From: Candidatus Heimdallarchaeota archaeon
GTDB taxonomy: Archaea; Asgardarchaeota; Heimdallarchaeia; Hodarchaeales; Hodarchaeaceae
NCBI GenBank assembly: GCA_020353515.1
Contig: CP070695.1
Location: forward strand, 1,999,814-2,063,813
Direction: 5' to 3'
Length of the DNA stretch: 64,000 nt
The notes under the pieces were generated by a model that worked only from the letters and a program-made list of their open reading frames with translations, searched no databases and had not been told where the DNA came from. How positions within the stretch are numbered: position 1 is the stretch's first letter; every line of letters starts with the position of its first letter. Shown here piece after piece: positions 39,831-50,511 of the stretch. The position numbers and the translations under genes are program-made.

Positions 39831-42314
39831 CTATTCAACAACTCGTAGCGCAGAAGTGAGATCCATTTTGATTAGTTTGCGAATTGATAGTAAGGGGGTT
39901 AATGTGACAAGAACAATTCCAATCAGTATGAGGATTATAAGGCTATCAGGATAGAGGAATGATGTCAACCAGATTTCATTCATTGCTTGATCCACACGTG
40001 CTTCAAGTATATCGACTACAAAAGGTGAAAATAGGAAATAACCAGTTATTGTCCCCAGGAATCCTAAAATCATGGATTCTACCATTAAAATTAGCGATGA
40101 AGTTCGAATAGGGGTTCCAAAGGCAGCCATGGTCGCTAATTCTCGGGTTCGTTCATCAATATTCACTGTTGTAGTATTATATACCAAGAGTAGAGCTAAG
40201 ATCAATACTACATATTGGATTACATCAAAAATAGATCTAAACATCTCAATAAGCTCTTCATACACTTTAACCATTTTTATGACTGATTGGATCCCATTGT
40301 ATCCCTGAAGATTGAAAAAATTTTGTTGGATAGATTCTTCCGTTATTCCTTCTTTCGGTAGAATCATCACTGCATTTACTAATCCAGTTACATTGAAAAT
40401 TTGGTCATTTGATATATCACAAAATGCCCAGAATCGAATTTTACTATTTTGGATGCCAATTACCTGAAATGTTGTATTCTCTTTGGAATATTGGAGTGCT
40501 GATTTTCGATAAGGATGTTCAAGTGTGATTTCGTCTCCGATTTCAACTTTCAAATCCCGTGCAGCTTCCTGAGAAATGATTATCCCAGATGTAAGAATAT
40601 ATGGTTCAACCTCTCTGATTGTTTCTGGACTCCATATTGGATTAGAAAAATTGAAGCAACGTAAAACTATAGTATAAGATTCGTGTTCTCCATGCAATGT
40701 TACTGGTATTTGGATCATAGGAACTGCTAATCTCACATCCGTATCCTTAGTAATGTTTGTCACAGGTGATTGTGACGTATTATATAAATTATTGAGTAAC
40801 ACATCGATCCGTCCTTCAGAATCCCCTTTTATGATCTTCTGTTCACTTTCTAACAAAAAATCTGCTCCATCAACAAATCCTAAGACAGCTGCAAGGACAC
40901 AAATAGCAAGTGCAATTCCAGTTAAAGTTGAAACAGCTCTTCGAAGATTTCGGGAGATGTTGCGAATTGGGAATTGAATGAATATTGAACTTGGAAGACG
41001 GATCCATGTTAATAAAGGAGAAATTCCTCTACCTGAACTTACTTTGGGTCCAGTTTGAATTGCATGGATCGGTTGAATTCGAGTAGCTCGCCATATAGGC
41101 ACAATAGATGCAATAAAGGGGATAAGGATCCCTAAAAGTGTTCCTTGCAGAAATAGTTCTGTTACCAGCCATTCTTTCCACACATGATAGGGTAAAAGAT
41201 CCGTAATTACTTCTCCAAATCGATTTCCTAAGATTATTGCAAAAATATAACCAAATATAATCCCTCCAAGTGCGATTTCAAGACTGAACAGTAAGTATCT
41301 ATATGCAATCTGACGAGGTGACACCCCCAATGCCATGTTTATTCCAATCTCACGGCGTTGAGAATTCACAACACGTGAAATGAGATTATAAGCTCCGAAA
41401 GCAGCAATGATAAGGATGAGAAAAGAAAAAATGTAATATAAACTCTGATCACCAGAGATATCTTCTTCTTGAAACTTATAGGCAGGATAATCCTCTTTTT
41501 CAATATATTCAAAAGAAATGAGGGAAAAATGATCTTGAAAGTAGTCTTTAAGATCTATGATAAGCTCCTCAAGATTGGCTTCAGGTGTTGTTAGTATCAC
41601 AACCTCATTTACATATCCAAGAGGTAAACCTGTCGCTTGCTGAAGAATTCTTTGAGCTGCTTCAAGAGGAACGAACAGGGCAGCAAAAGATGATTGTGCA
41701 TATACTAAATTCTCTTCGTTTACCACAAAATATTCAGGTGTCAGTGCTGTTCCAATGAATGATAGTTTAATGCCTCCTGTAATAGTAAGGAATTGTTTTT
41801 TAGGTTTCAAGTTGTGATAACTAGCAAAGTTATGTTCTACAAGACAAATATCCTCTGCTGTTTCCGTTGATTTAATGTGTCGGCCATCTGTTACGTAAAT
41901 ACCATTTACATCTAAATTCTGAGATCCATCAGAGACATTGATGCCAATGATGCGACCATTCACCAAAATGGTTTGATTAGAAGTAGATGCGTTAATTGTT
42001 GTCGGAAAACTTACTCGATATTCTAGTACATCAATCCAATTCTTATGTGACAGATTCTGAAGAGCAGAAGAAAGCTCAGCTTGCGGTATCCAACTTCCAG
42101 GAAGCAGCTGTATTTTTAGATCAAACATATTTAGATCTTTGTTACTTTCTTCAAAGGCTTGTTGTCTCCAAGGAGTAGAGCTGCTCAATCCTGTATATAT
42201 CCCAGTACCTAAACCTATTATTATTGCAATAGCTAGCACTTGGATTTTGCGTTGTCTCAAATCCCGAAAGGACCATTTAAGAAACAGCCTAAGATTACCC
42301 ATGGTTTTCACCAA
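39831..42314 (-). CDS. FtsX/MacB-type ABC permease (two repeats)
   Basis: QRREIG..MALG and ERTRELATM.AFG motifs, two large extracytoplasmic domains. Confidence 0.9.
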   Translation of the reverse strand: MVKTMGNLRLFLKWSFRDLRQRKIQVLAIAIIIGLGTGIYTGLSSSTPWRQQAFEESNKDLNMFDLKIQLLPGSWIPQAELSSALQNLSHKNWIDVLEYRVSFPTTINASTSNQTILVNGRIIGINVSDGSQNLDVNGIYVTDGRHIKSTETAEDICLVEHNFASYHNLKPKKQFLTITGGIKLSFIGTALTPEYFVVNEENLVYAQSSFAALFVPLEAAQRILQQATGLPLGYVNEVVILTTPEANLEELIIDLKDYFQDHFSLISFEYIEKEDYPAYKFQEEDISGDQSLYYIFSFLILIIAAFGAYNLISRVVNSQRREIGINMALGVSPRQIAYRYLLFSLEIALGGIIFGYIFAIILGNRFGEVITDLLPYHVWKEWLVTELFLQGTLLGILIPFIASIVPIWRATRIQPIHAIQTGPKVSSGRGISPLLTWIRLPSSIFIQFPIRNISRNLRRAVSTLTGIALAICVLAAVLGFVDGADFLLESEQKIIKGDSEGRIDVLLNNLYNTSQSPVTNITKDTDVRLAVPMIQIPVTLHGEHESYTIVLRCFNFSNPIWSPETIREVEPYILTSGIIISQEAARDLKVEIGDEITLEHPYRKSALQYSKENTTFQVIGIQNSKIRFWAFCDISNDQIFNVTGLVNAVMILPKEGITEESIQQNFFNLQGYNGIQSVIKMVKVYEELIEMFRSIFDVIQYVVLILALLLVYNTTTVNIDERTRELATMAAFGTPIRTSSLILMVESMILGFLGTITGYFLFSPFVVDILEARVDQAMNEIWLTSFLYPDSLIILILIGIVLVTLTPLLSIRKLIKMDLTSALRVVE

Positions 42315-43012
42315 CGAAGATCTTCAATTGAAACTTTTCCATTTTTTGGTTGCCCATCTTCTGCGATTCTTCCTGAGTGTAACTCAATAACACGATCGGT
42401 AATCCGGGCAATCTCACGATTATGTGTGACTAAAAGAACCGTGGTACCATTATTTTGTTGTCTTAGTAAGAGCTCTAATATCTGTTTTCCTGTTCTAAAA
42501 TCTAATTCTCCTGTTGGTTCATCTGCTAGAATGATAGGGGCCTCCTTCACTAGAGCACGAGCGATTGCCACCCGTTGCTGTTCACCTCCAGAAAGTTGAT
42601 GAGGAAAATGACGAATTCGTTCCTCGAGACCGACAGCTTTTAGCGCCTCAATGGATTTTTGCCTACTATTCTTCATTCGTCCTAGATTTGCGACATATTG
42701 AACATTTTCTAAGGCTGATAACATTGGAAACAAGTTGAAAGTCTGAAATATGAATCCAATTTTGTTACGGCGAAATTTAAACTGTTGACGTCGATTATAG
42801 CGAGTGATTTCTGTTTCATAAAACTTAATTGAACCTTCTGTTGGCCTATCTAAAGCTCCTACTAGATTTAACAATGTTGTTTTCCCACTACCAGAGGGTC
42901 CTAATAATACTACTGTTTCACCCTGTTCTACTTGTAAGGAAACGCCATCCAAAGCTTTAACAGTAACTTCTCCCATTTTATAATGTTTAGATAGTTTCTT
43001 AATTTCTATCAA
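42308..43012 (-). CDS. ABC ATP-binding protein (LolD/MacB-like)
   Basis: GPSGSGKT, LSGGEQQR, ILADEPTG, VTHN. Confidence 0.95.
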   Translation of the reverse strand: MIEIKKLSKHYKMGEVTVKALDGVSLQVEQGETVVLLGPSGSGKTTLLNLVGALDRPTEGSIKFYETEITRYNRRQQFKFRRNKIGFIFQTFNLFPMLSALENVQYVANLGRMKNSRQKSIEALKAVGLEERIRHFPHQLSGGEQQRVAIARALVKEAPIILADEPTGELDFRTGKQILELLLRQQNNGTTVLLVTHNREIARITDRVIELHSGRIAEDGQPKNGKVSIEDLRW

Positions 43013-43090
43013 AATTAATCAATCACTCCATTTAAGTGAATATAATAACTAAATATACTGTCTTTCCTTCTATTACTAACTTTAATTAAT

Positions 43091-43158
43091 CTTCGTATAT
43101 TTTTACTACAAACGAAGTAATGTAAGGAACACTTACAAAGCTTACACATGTTTATAAG
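43091..43158. promoter_or_regulatory. Operator-like repeat cluster plus TATA box
   Basis: CTTCGT-N15-ACGAAG (43091-43117); TGTAAG-N5-CTTACA (43121-43137); third CTTACA (43141-43146); TTTATAAG at 43151. Confidence 0.5.
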
Positions 43159-43221
43159 GTATTTTAGTCATATAACAAGTTAGAAGAACTATTGAGAATC
43201 AAAGGATACTGAGTTGATAAA

Positions 43222-43977
43222 GTGTCAATTATCGTTATTGTTGGATTTCTTGCTTTGATAAGTTCCCTCCTCTTATTCTTATCAACTATTCTTACCTTTC
43301 CCCTTTTCAGAAAAGCCCGTGATGAAATCTTTCTTCATATGAATTTAGTTTTATTTCTATTTGCAACAACGCTCTTGATAACAGGTCTTTTTGCAATATT
43401 CTTACCCGAAATGTCCGAGGCGATTGAATATCTTAGTTTAATGAAACTCCATTATTTATTAAGAATAGTAATACTCTTCATGTTACTAACAACAGTGGAA
43501 TTTTCCTTTATTTACACTAATCTGTCCTCTAATCGCCTCTTTTTTCTTGAAAAATATATTCCATTAGTCCCCGCTTTATTTATCGGGTGGATCTGTGCTT
43601 CTGCAGTTACTGAAACTGATTTTCTAGACACTCTATCATTTTTCGGTCTTTATTTACTTACATTTCTGGTTGACCTGATGATAATCGTTCTTTTGATTCG
43701 ATTACGTAACGTTCGTGAAAAATTTATTGATCGGAAGCCTGAACGAGCCCTTTTAACCCATGTCATAACAATGCTGGTTGCATTTTTATTTTATCAATCA
43801 GGTGACTTAATTGGATTTATAGGGTTTATGATCTCTCAAGATTTATACATATTAGCTCTCCTCTCTCAGTTTATCTTAATGCCAGTCTTTAGTTTTCTTT
43901 TACTTCTACAAAGTCGTTCCATCTGGAAAATCTTAGATGAAATTAATTATTCATTATTACTGAATGAAATCAATTAG
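43222..43977 (+). CDS. Seven-TM membrane protein (sensor-like, no cytoplasmic output domain)
   Basis: About 7 hydrophobic helices; layout similar to the TM part of 36462-37628. Confidence 0.6.
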   Translation: MSIIVIVGFLALISSLLLFLSTILTFPLFRKARDEIFLHMNLVLFLFATTLLITGLFAIFLPEMSEAIEYLSLMKLHYLLRIVILFMLLTTVEFSFIYTNLSSNRLFFLEKYIPLVPALFIGWICASAVTETDFLDTLSFFGLYLLTFLVDLMIIVLLIRLRNVREKFIDRKPERALLTHVITMLVAFLFYQSGDLIGFIGFMISQDLYILALLSQFILMPVFSFLLLLQSRSIWKILDEINYSLLLNEIN

Positions 43978-44049
43978 GTTTTTAGTAGAATTTTCCTAAA
44001 GAAAAAGACTCTTATAAGATCAATCTTTTTTTGAGCTCAGGCGTTTTAG

Positions 44050-44235
44050 ATGACCAAGACTGCAGTCTTATCAGTGCGAATTCCCAATGAGGTGAGGGAG
44101 AAACTAGAACAATACGCTGAAATTTTGAGAATCAGACCCTCTGCTATTGCTGCGTTAGTTTTAGAAGATTGTATTGAGTATTGGGTCAAACAATACAGTG
44201 AAAATGCTTTGAAAAAAATTTGGGAGAATCTCTAA
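44050..44235 (+). CDS. Ribbon-helix-helix (CopG/Arc-like) DNA-binding protein
   Basis: TAVLSVRIPNEVREKLEQYA......S..A...LE pattern. Confidence 0.7.
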   Translation: MTKTAVLSVRIPNEVREKLEQYAEILRIRPSAIAALVLEDCIEYWVKQYSENALKKIWENL

Positions 44236-44271
44236 GAAATTATCTTCTATAACCCCTTATTCTTGATGCCT

Positions 44272-44847
44272 TCATTCTAATCTTCTCATGAAGGGATCTA
44301 GAAACGAATTGATTTGATCCCAATCACGATAATCTCTTCTTTCATTTAGGACTATGTTTGGATCCTCTTCTGCTGCCATCCTCAACATTCTTTTATTCAT
44401 CCACCCGAGATTACTAGTACTAGATAAATCGAATACTCCTCCAAATGCATCATAAAGCACATTTTCTCCTAGATTTAAACTATATTCTTTAAAGACATCT
44501 ACCAAATATTTTTTAATAACTGCTGGACGTTCATCGGGATTGGAAGCTTCTCCTGAACATACATAGATTCCAGTTAATATTTGATTCTCATTTATGGCTT
44601 TTACATTATTTTTCAAGAATTTTTTAGCTTCTTTCGTCCATCTTGCAATTCTAATTCCACTTCCTATTAATACCCCTGAATAATCTGTGATGTTTGGTTT
44701 TACCTTTTTCTTGGCTTTCAGGTTTACTAAATCAACTGTAAAACCATTTTCTTCTAAAATTTGTTTAAATTTGATTGAAACTTCTTCTGTATTACCAAAA
44801 CGTGTTCCATATACGATTAAAACTTTTTTTGACATATAATCTGACAC
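44272..44847 (-). CDS. Flavodoxin-domain protein (HemG-like)
   Basis: IVYGTRFGNT, IGSGI, AFGG, DYRDWDQI. Confidence 0.85.
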   Translation of the reverse strand: MSDYMSKKVLIVYGTRFGNTEEVSIKFKQILEENGFTVDLVNLKAKKKVKPNITDYSGVLIGSGIRIARWTKEAKKFLKNNVKAINENQILTGIYVCSGEASNPDERPAVIKKYLVDVFKEYSLNLGENVLYDAFGGVFDLSSTSNLGWMNKRMLRMAAEEDPNIVLNERRDYRDWDQINSFLDPFMRRLE

Positions 44848-44925
44848 CTTAGAGAGTATTTTTTGGTGGTGAATGAATGTAACAAAAATCTCTTGGGGAA
44901 AGGTTAATACATTTTATTATATATA

Positions 44926-45603
44926 ATGTATCATCATAAGCTAATCCTGAAAGAACAGCAGGGAAAAAGGAGAAATCTATTGATGACCGAAACTAGTTCC
45001 AGAAATGAAAGCCCAATGTGGAAGTACATCTATGCAATTGGGGGGATTGCATCATTAATAATAGCTGTAATATTCTTTACTGCCCTTATAGAACTAATGA
45101 CTGGTACATTTGAGTTCTTTCAAAATAATTTTGTAATCAGATTGATCAAACTGCATGCTGAATATAATGAGAGTGCAAATGAATTATTACAGGGAGTTAA
45201 CATCTTAGATCTGAGCATCCTAGTATTTGTTTGTCTTACAGTAATTGCTTTTTACCCGACTCTTAGAAATGTTAATGAAACATTAGCTATTATTGCTATA
45301 TGCCAACCATTCATAGGAATATTGCTTTTCCTAATAACTCAAGAGATCGGTCGTACCACCACATTTTCTACTGCTTTAACAATCTCCGCTATAATATTGT
45401 GGTACGATCGATCCGATACAAGTGCGTTTCTAGGAGTTATATCAGCAGGACTTATTTTAATCCCTGATATTAGCTTCATGTTCACTTATTCAGAAGTCTT
45501 GGCAATTATCATGAGTACTGGTTATTTATTATTTATTCCTTGGTGGTTTCTGAGTAGTTTGAAACTCTTCCAGCAAGCTAAGACAGCTCATCTCAGAAAG
45601 TGA
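44926..45603 (+). CDS. DUF4386-like membrane protein
   Basis: Multi-TM; IYAIGGIASL resembles IYTVGGIAAL of 46490-47338. Confidence 0.5.
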   Translation: MYHHKLILKEQQGKRRNLLMTETSSRNESPMWKYIYAIGGIASLIIAVIFFTALIELMTGTFEFFQNNFVIRLIKLHAEYNESANELLQGVNILDLSILVFVCLTVIAFYPTLRNVNETLAIIAICQPFIGILLFLITQEIGRTTTFSTALTISAIILWYDRSDTSAFLGVISAGLILIPDISFMFTYSEVLAIIMSTGYLLFIPWWFLSSLKLFQQAKTAHLRK

Positions 45604-45609
45604 TTAATA

Positions 45610-46449
45610 ATGATAGAATTACCAGAAGCAATTGTATTATCTAAACAAATTAAAGATACATTAAAAGGAAAAGTTGTAAAATCGGCAATTAGAGGGCAGT
45701 ATCCCCACAAATTTGCCTTTACTGGGAAATTCTCAGATAAAGAGTTTTCGGAGCTCCTTAAAGGAAAAACAATAAAGAAGAGCTGGGCAAACGGAAATGT
45801 AATTCTGGTTCATTTAGATCCTGGTTATTTACTGAGTCTTGGGTGTGGAGGAGAACGAATACTTTATCACAAAAAAGAAAAAACCCTTCCTAAAAAGCAC
45901 CAGCTCTTAGTAGAATTCGACGATCAAACGTATCTAACAGTAACAATATCAGGATGGGGGGAAGTCAGATTACTCGAATCAAAAGATCTTGATAAACACC
46001 CTCATATATTTTTTGAAAGATTGGATCCACTTTCAGAAGAATTTACTCTCTCAGCATTTGAAGAATTAGTAAATAACCTTCCAGACAAGAAGAAATGCAG
46101 TGCGAAAAAATTTTACATTACAGATCCTGGACTAAGAGGAATAGGAAATGGGGTGATTCAGGATATATTCTTCTTATCTAAAATCCATCCGAAAAGAGAG
46201 ATGAAGTCATTGTCTAAGGAAGAACGAGAACTCCTGTATGAAACCACTCTTACTGAGCTCAGAAAGATGATTAATCTTGGTGGGAGAGATAGCGAAAAGG
46301 ATATTTTTAACAAACTTGGTGGATATAAGAGAATTTTACATAGCAAGACAGTAAATACTCCCTGTCCTCAATGTAAAACTATAATCAAAAAACAACAATA
46401 TCTTGGGGGGACTATCTACTTCTGTGTCTCATGTCAAAAGATGGATTAA
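45610..46449 (+). CDS. Fpg/Nei DNA glycosylase family protein
   Basis: MIELPEA N-terminus, H2TH GIGNG..QDI.F...IHP, C-terminal CPQC...C..CQ zinc finger. Confidence 0.85.
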   Translation: MIELPEAIVLSKQIKDTLKGKVVKSAIRGQYPHKFAFTGKFSDKEFSELLKGKTIKKSWANGNVILVHLDPGYLLSLGCGGERILYHKKEKTLPKKHQLLVEFDDQTYLTVTISGWGEVRLLESKDLDKHPHIFFERLDPLSEEFTLSAFEELVNNLPDKKKCSAKKFYITDPGLRGIGNGVIQDIFFLSKIHPKREMKSLSKEERELLYETTLTELRKMINLGGRDSEKDIFNKLGGYKRILHSKTVNTPCPQCKTIIKKQQYLGGTIYFCVSCQKMD

Positions 46450-46489
46450 AATTTGTTAGCTTAATCTTTATTATCAAAATCTCTTGAAA

Positions 46490-47338
46490 TTATAGAAATA
46501 TTAGTAGAAAAGGTATTAAAATATAAATAACAAATGCTGTTACGATTATTACACGGGGAAGCAGCCCCTTCTCCATTTTTACTGAATTAAATTCGTATAA
46601 TTTTCGAGAAATTAAAACGTACCAAATTAGTAAAGCGGGTGAGGCAATGAGGTATGGTAAAAAGGTCATTTGGGGAGCAATAATTAACAAGATAAAATGC
46701 CCCATTACAAATCCATTTGCTATGATTCCAGCATAAGCAGTTGGTTTGCTAAAGATACTACTCTGAAACATAACGATAGCAATAATTAATCCTGAAAGAG
46801 AAACTAAGAAGTGACTTAAATAAATCCCAGTGCCTTGATAAACGGATCCAGGGTTATGGATTGCAAGTAATGCTTCTCCAGCAGTTAAAATAGTCGCTTT
46901 CTGGCCAATTGAAGCAGCAGCATATTGATTACTGAGAGACAGTAGAGAGAATGCTTGATTAGACGCAAAGTAAACTGCTACTCCAATAAGACCTGAAATA
47001 AGAGCAATTGTCATGTAATCCTCATTTGTGCTTCTTAGAACATAATACAGAGTAATGAAAACCAAGCTTACAAGACAGTAATTAATGATGTCGAAGAAAT
47101 CAAGCAATGTGAGTCCAAGGAGTACATTATCCTGCAATAATGTGAACCATTCTTCTGCTGTTACTGGTGTCGGACTCGGCCCCCAATCAATAATTCCAAA
47201 CTCTCTATACATAACAAACTCTGAACCTATATTTTTTCTAAATAGTAAAGCTGCAATGAGAGCAGCTATCCCTCCTACAGTGTAAATACTCTTTTTGGTT
47301 TGTTCTTCATCTTTTATAGCCTGTTCCATCGTGATCAT
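46490..47338 (-). CDS. DUF4386 family membrane protein
   Basis: Multi-TM; YFASNQAFSLLSLS.QY, FSK.TAYAGI. Confidence 0.65.
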   Translation of the reverse strand: MITMEQAIKDEEQTKKSIYTVGGIAALIAALLFRKNIGSEFVMYREFGIIDWGPSPTPVTAEEWFTLLQDNVLLGLTLLDFFDIINYCLVSLVFITLYYVLRSTNEDYMTIALISGLIGVAVYFASNQAFSLLSLSNQYAAASIGQKATILTAGEALLAIHNPGSVYQGTGIYLSHFLVSLSGLIIAIVMFQSSIFSKPTAYAGIIANGFVMGHFILLIIAPQMTFLPYLIASPALLIWYVLISRKLYEFNSVKMEKGLLPRVIIVTAFVIYILIPFLLIFL

Positions 47339-47558
47339 ACATCCATTGTTGTAAAAAACTTCAAATAAATGATAGTTAAAATTTGTCTAGGTTTCTATTA
47401 TCCTTTTATCATCAAATCCATTCGATGAAGAGAATGAATCTTTGAACTTAACCCAATGCAAAAAAAGCTTGTAATTTTTGGCTGTATTTACTTCCCTCTC
47501 TTAAAACATTGAAAGAATTCCATTCTTCGGACCCAAATTTCCATTAAATAGACTTATT

Positions 47559-48512
47559 GTGAATAAAATGGAAATTGTCATTTATTATTCTTTAATTGCG
47601 AGCTTTGCATTTTCGTTAGGGACTATTCTTTCAAAAGTTGCTCTCTCTGAAATTAAAAATCGTGATGTAGCTTTATTCTATCAATTATTTGTCAACTTTC
47701 TTTTCATTGCTGTACTTTTTCTTGTTATTCAACTAATCACACCATTTCCTTTTAGTGATCTAACCTTCAATGATTATTTTATTTTGATCGGATCTGCCAT
47801 ATTTGTTTATATTGCATTATTGTTTAGCTACTTGGGGTTGGAACGAGGTAATGTATCCGTAGGGAAAGTTGTATCCTCCACAAGAGTTGGATTTAGTATA
47901 ATTTTTGCTTATGTTTTACTAGTCGAATTGTATAGCCTTGATATTTATTTAATAATTTTGTTTATGTTAATTGGTGTTATTTTTGTTTCTTGGCATCAAG
48001 AATTACAACTTAAAGATTTCATTACCTTAAAAGGGGGTGGAATTATCTGGTTTATTATAGCAGCCTTTTTTATGGCTTTATCAAATTATTTCTTAAGCTC
48101 GTTGCAGAATACAATCGCAATTCAAGTAATCATGTTATTTAGACTAAGTACCTTATTTCTGATTTCCATAATTCATACCTCTTGGCTAAGATTCTATAAT
48201 AGAGGGAATATGAATTTTAAGCTAAATCGAAGAACTCTTGGATACATTAGCATTTATGTGATATGCTATATTGTTGGGGATTTTTTCCTTATTACTGCTT
48301 TAGGTATATCATTGACAATTTCCGAGGCAGTTATGACTACTCAAGCTATCATCACTTTTCTTTTAATTCTAGTATTATCCCGAGTTAATTCATTAAAAGA
48401 ATTAATTGCAGAGCCATTAGATCAAAAAACCCTAGTGATCCGATTTACAGGTATAATAATTGCGGTTTTAGCTACTCTTTGGCTCATCTATTCTTTAAAT
48501 GGATTCCTGTAA
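47559..48512 (+). CDS. EamA/DMT transporter
   Basis: About 10 TMs in two repeats; Y.GLE.G.VS. Confidence 0.75.
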   Translation: MNKMEIVIYYSLIASFAFSLGTILSKVALSEIKNRDVALFYQLFVNFLFIAVLFLVIQLITPFPFSDLTFNDYFILIGSAIFVYIALLFSYLGLERGNVSVGKVVSSTRVGFSIIFAYVLLVELYSLDIYLIILFMLIGVIFVSWHQELQLKDFITLKGGGIIWFIIAAFFMALSNYFLSSLQNTIAIQVIMLFRLSTLFLISIIHTSWLRFYNRGNMNFKLNRRTLGYISIYVICYIVGDFFLITALGISLTISEAVMTTQAIITFLLILVLSRVNSLKELIAEPLDQKTLVIRFTGIIIAVLATLWLIYSLNGFL

Positions 48513-48704
48513 ATGGGATTAATCATTCTAATCCTATTTTTTCAAACTTTTTATGTATAAAATATTGTCTCAATTCGAAAACGAAAAAAAAGGTCAGATT
48601 AATTTCAGGGGACTTTGAAGTTCTTCTATGGGAACCTTTAAGTAGTTTTAATCTAGATTAATCATAAATTGAGTTTTTATAAAGCATAGAAGGACGGTTG
48701 GGTA

Positions 48705-48974
48705 ATGTATGGCGAAGATCCTGAATCTCGATTAATTAAAGCTGAAGCAATTCTCCTAGAAACGTTATCCAAGCTTGTATGGATTGTCTCAATTCTTTAT
48801 GGAGCCGAGCTAATCATAGCAGTCTTTGATAAAAGTTTTGATCTTTGGAATAGAGGGGATTACAACGCAATTATACTTGCTCTTATTGCATTAGCAGTCA
48901 TTTTCAAAGTTCTCGGACTGGTAGACAAACATATGATGGAATATTGGAAGCGGCAGGACGTAAAAAAGAGGTAA
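48705..48974 (+). CDS. Small two-TM hypothetical protein
   Basis: 89-aa ORF with two hydrophobic helices. Confidence 0.55.
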   Translation: MYGEDPESRLIKAEAILLETLSKLVWIVSILYGAELIIAVFDKSFDLWNRGDYNAIILALIALAVIFKVLGLVDKHMMEYWKRQDVKKR

Positions 48975-48987
48975 TTCATACTTTCTT

Positions 48988-50466
48988 TTATACTGGTGGT
49001 TCACTTAACGGATAGATATCTATAGCGTTTGCTGTTCCCGCGATAGCATATGAACCAGTCCCATTCCAATCCGACCAATAATTTCCCTGTGCTAAATCTG
49101 AATCATACCAATAATTGGATGTTCCATTATCAGATGCTTGTGAGGTTCCGTCGAAATTATTATTTATGAAAGAATTAAGACAGATCAGATTGGATTCACC
49201 ACTCATCCAACCATCAAAATAGATTCCATACCAAGAATTATTTTCAATACGATTGTATTTTATTTGACAATTCGAAGAACTCATTAAAAAAATACTTGCA
49301 GACCATAAAGACGTTGTATTAACACATAAATTGTTTGATATTGTGACAAAATCTGAATTATCGTTAGTGATACAAGAATACTGGTTTTTTTCAAATTTAT
49401 TAGATGAAATAATTACATAATCTGATTTAACACAATAAATTGCGTGTTCACACGCCTCTATTGTATTATTTATAATAATTGATGAGGCAGAATGTATCAA
49501 GTCTATACCAATCCATGATTGTTTTAATATTGTGTTGTTTGAAACCATAGTTTCTTTTGAGTCTCTAATTACAATACCCCCCTCTTCCCCACCATTGGAG
49601 CATATATTGTTTGATATTTTAACATAGTCTGAATTAGTAATATTGATGGAAGTATCATCATTGTTTTCACATCTATTATAGGTAATATTTGCATAATCTG
49701 ATTCATTACAGTCAATTGCGTCTCTACATGCTTCTAGTGTATTATTAGTAATAAGAGATGAATCAGAATTACGCAAGGATATACCAGTGGATATAGCAAT
49801 ATCCTTTTCCAAGATGGTATTATTTGAAACAAAACTTGCTTTAGAATTTACAATACGAATTCCTACTCCACCTGTATCTGAGATAAAATTGTTAGAAATA
49901 TTGACTCCAGGGGATGAATGGATCGTGATTCCAGCTCTAGGCCAATCACCATCGATTAATGTGTTTCCCCGAATATTTGCAGTTCCAGGGGCGACGTTTT
50001 CAATATGAATCCCTTTGTGATTTATTTCTATTGTACAATTTGTTATCACAAAGTGTTTAGTAGTGTCTTCAATGGAAAAACCAATTAGTTCCTCTGTTAA
50101 ATAGTAATTAGAAAGGATATAAGGGTCAGCTTTAGTTCCTGTTCCAGAAGAGCTATACTTAAGAAAATCTGTATCTGAATAGATTTCAATGCCCGATCCA
50201 TACGGTGGGTCGAAGAGAGGCCTTAAGAAGGTTGAACTTGCTATAATGAAAAACATAAAGACTATTCCTATTGTTACAATACTCCCTATAATAATTAATG
50301 ATGGACGATAAGAAGGTGAGGGTTTTCTCACACCCTTCTCTTGTGATATATGATGAGTAGATGGTTGTTTTTGCATTGATTTTGTTAAATCGGCTCCACA
50401 ATGATTGCAGAATCTTCCTTTTGCAGTCGTTCTTAATTCGTTACCACAATAAGGACATTGAAACAT
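48988..50466 (-). CDS. Zinc-ribbon + TM + NosD/CASH right-handed beta-helix protein (paralog 1)
   Basis: CPYCG..FCNHCG, TM helix, GTKADPYI, NN-rich coils, GNYWSD. Confidence 0.85.
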   Translation of the reverse strand: MFQCPYCGNELRTTAKGRFCNHCGADLTKSMQKQPSTHHISQEKGVRKPSPSYRPSLIIIGSIVTIGIVFMFFIIASSTFLRPLFDPPYGSGIEIYSDTDFLKYSSSGTGTKADPYILSNYYLTEELIGFSIEDTTKHFVITNCTIEINHKGIHIENVAPGTANIRGNTLIDGDWPRAGITIHSSPGVNISNNFISDTGGVGIRIVNSKASFVSNNTILEKDIAISTGISLRNSDSSLITNNTLEACRDAIDCNESDYANITYNRCENNDDTSINITNSDYVKISNNICSNGGEEGGIVIRDSKETMVSNNTILKQSWIGIDLIHSASSIIINNTIEACEHAIYCVKSDYVIISSNKFEKNQYSCITNDNSDFVTISNNLCVNTTSLWSASIFLMSSSNCQIKYNRIENNSWYGIYFDGWMSGESNLICLNSFINNNFDGTSQASDNGTSNYWYDSDLAQGNYWSDWNGTGSYAIAGTANAIDIYPLSEPPV

Positions 50467-50511
50467 TTCAACACCTCCCTTAGAAAGAAGATTTTCTAGT
50501 TTAAAACTATT

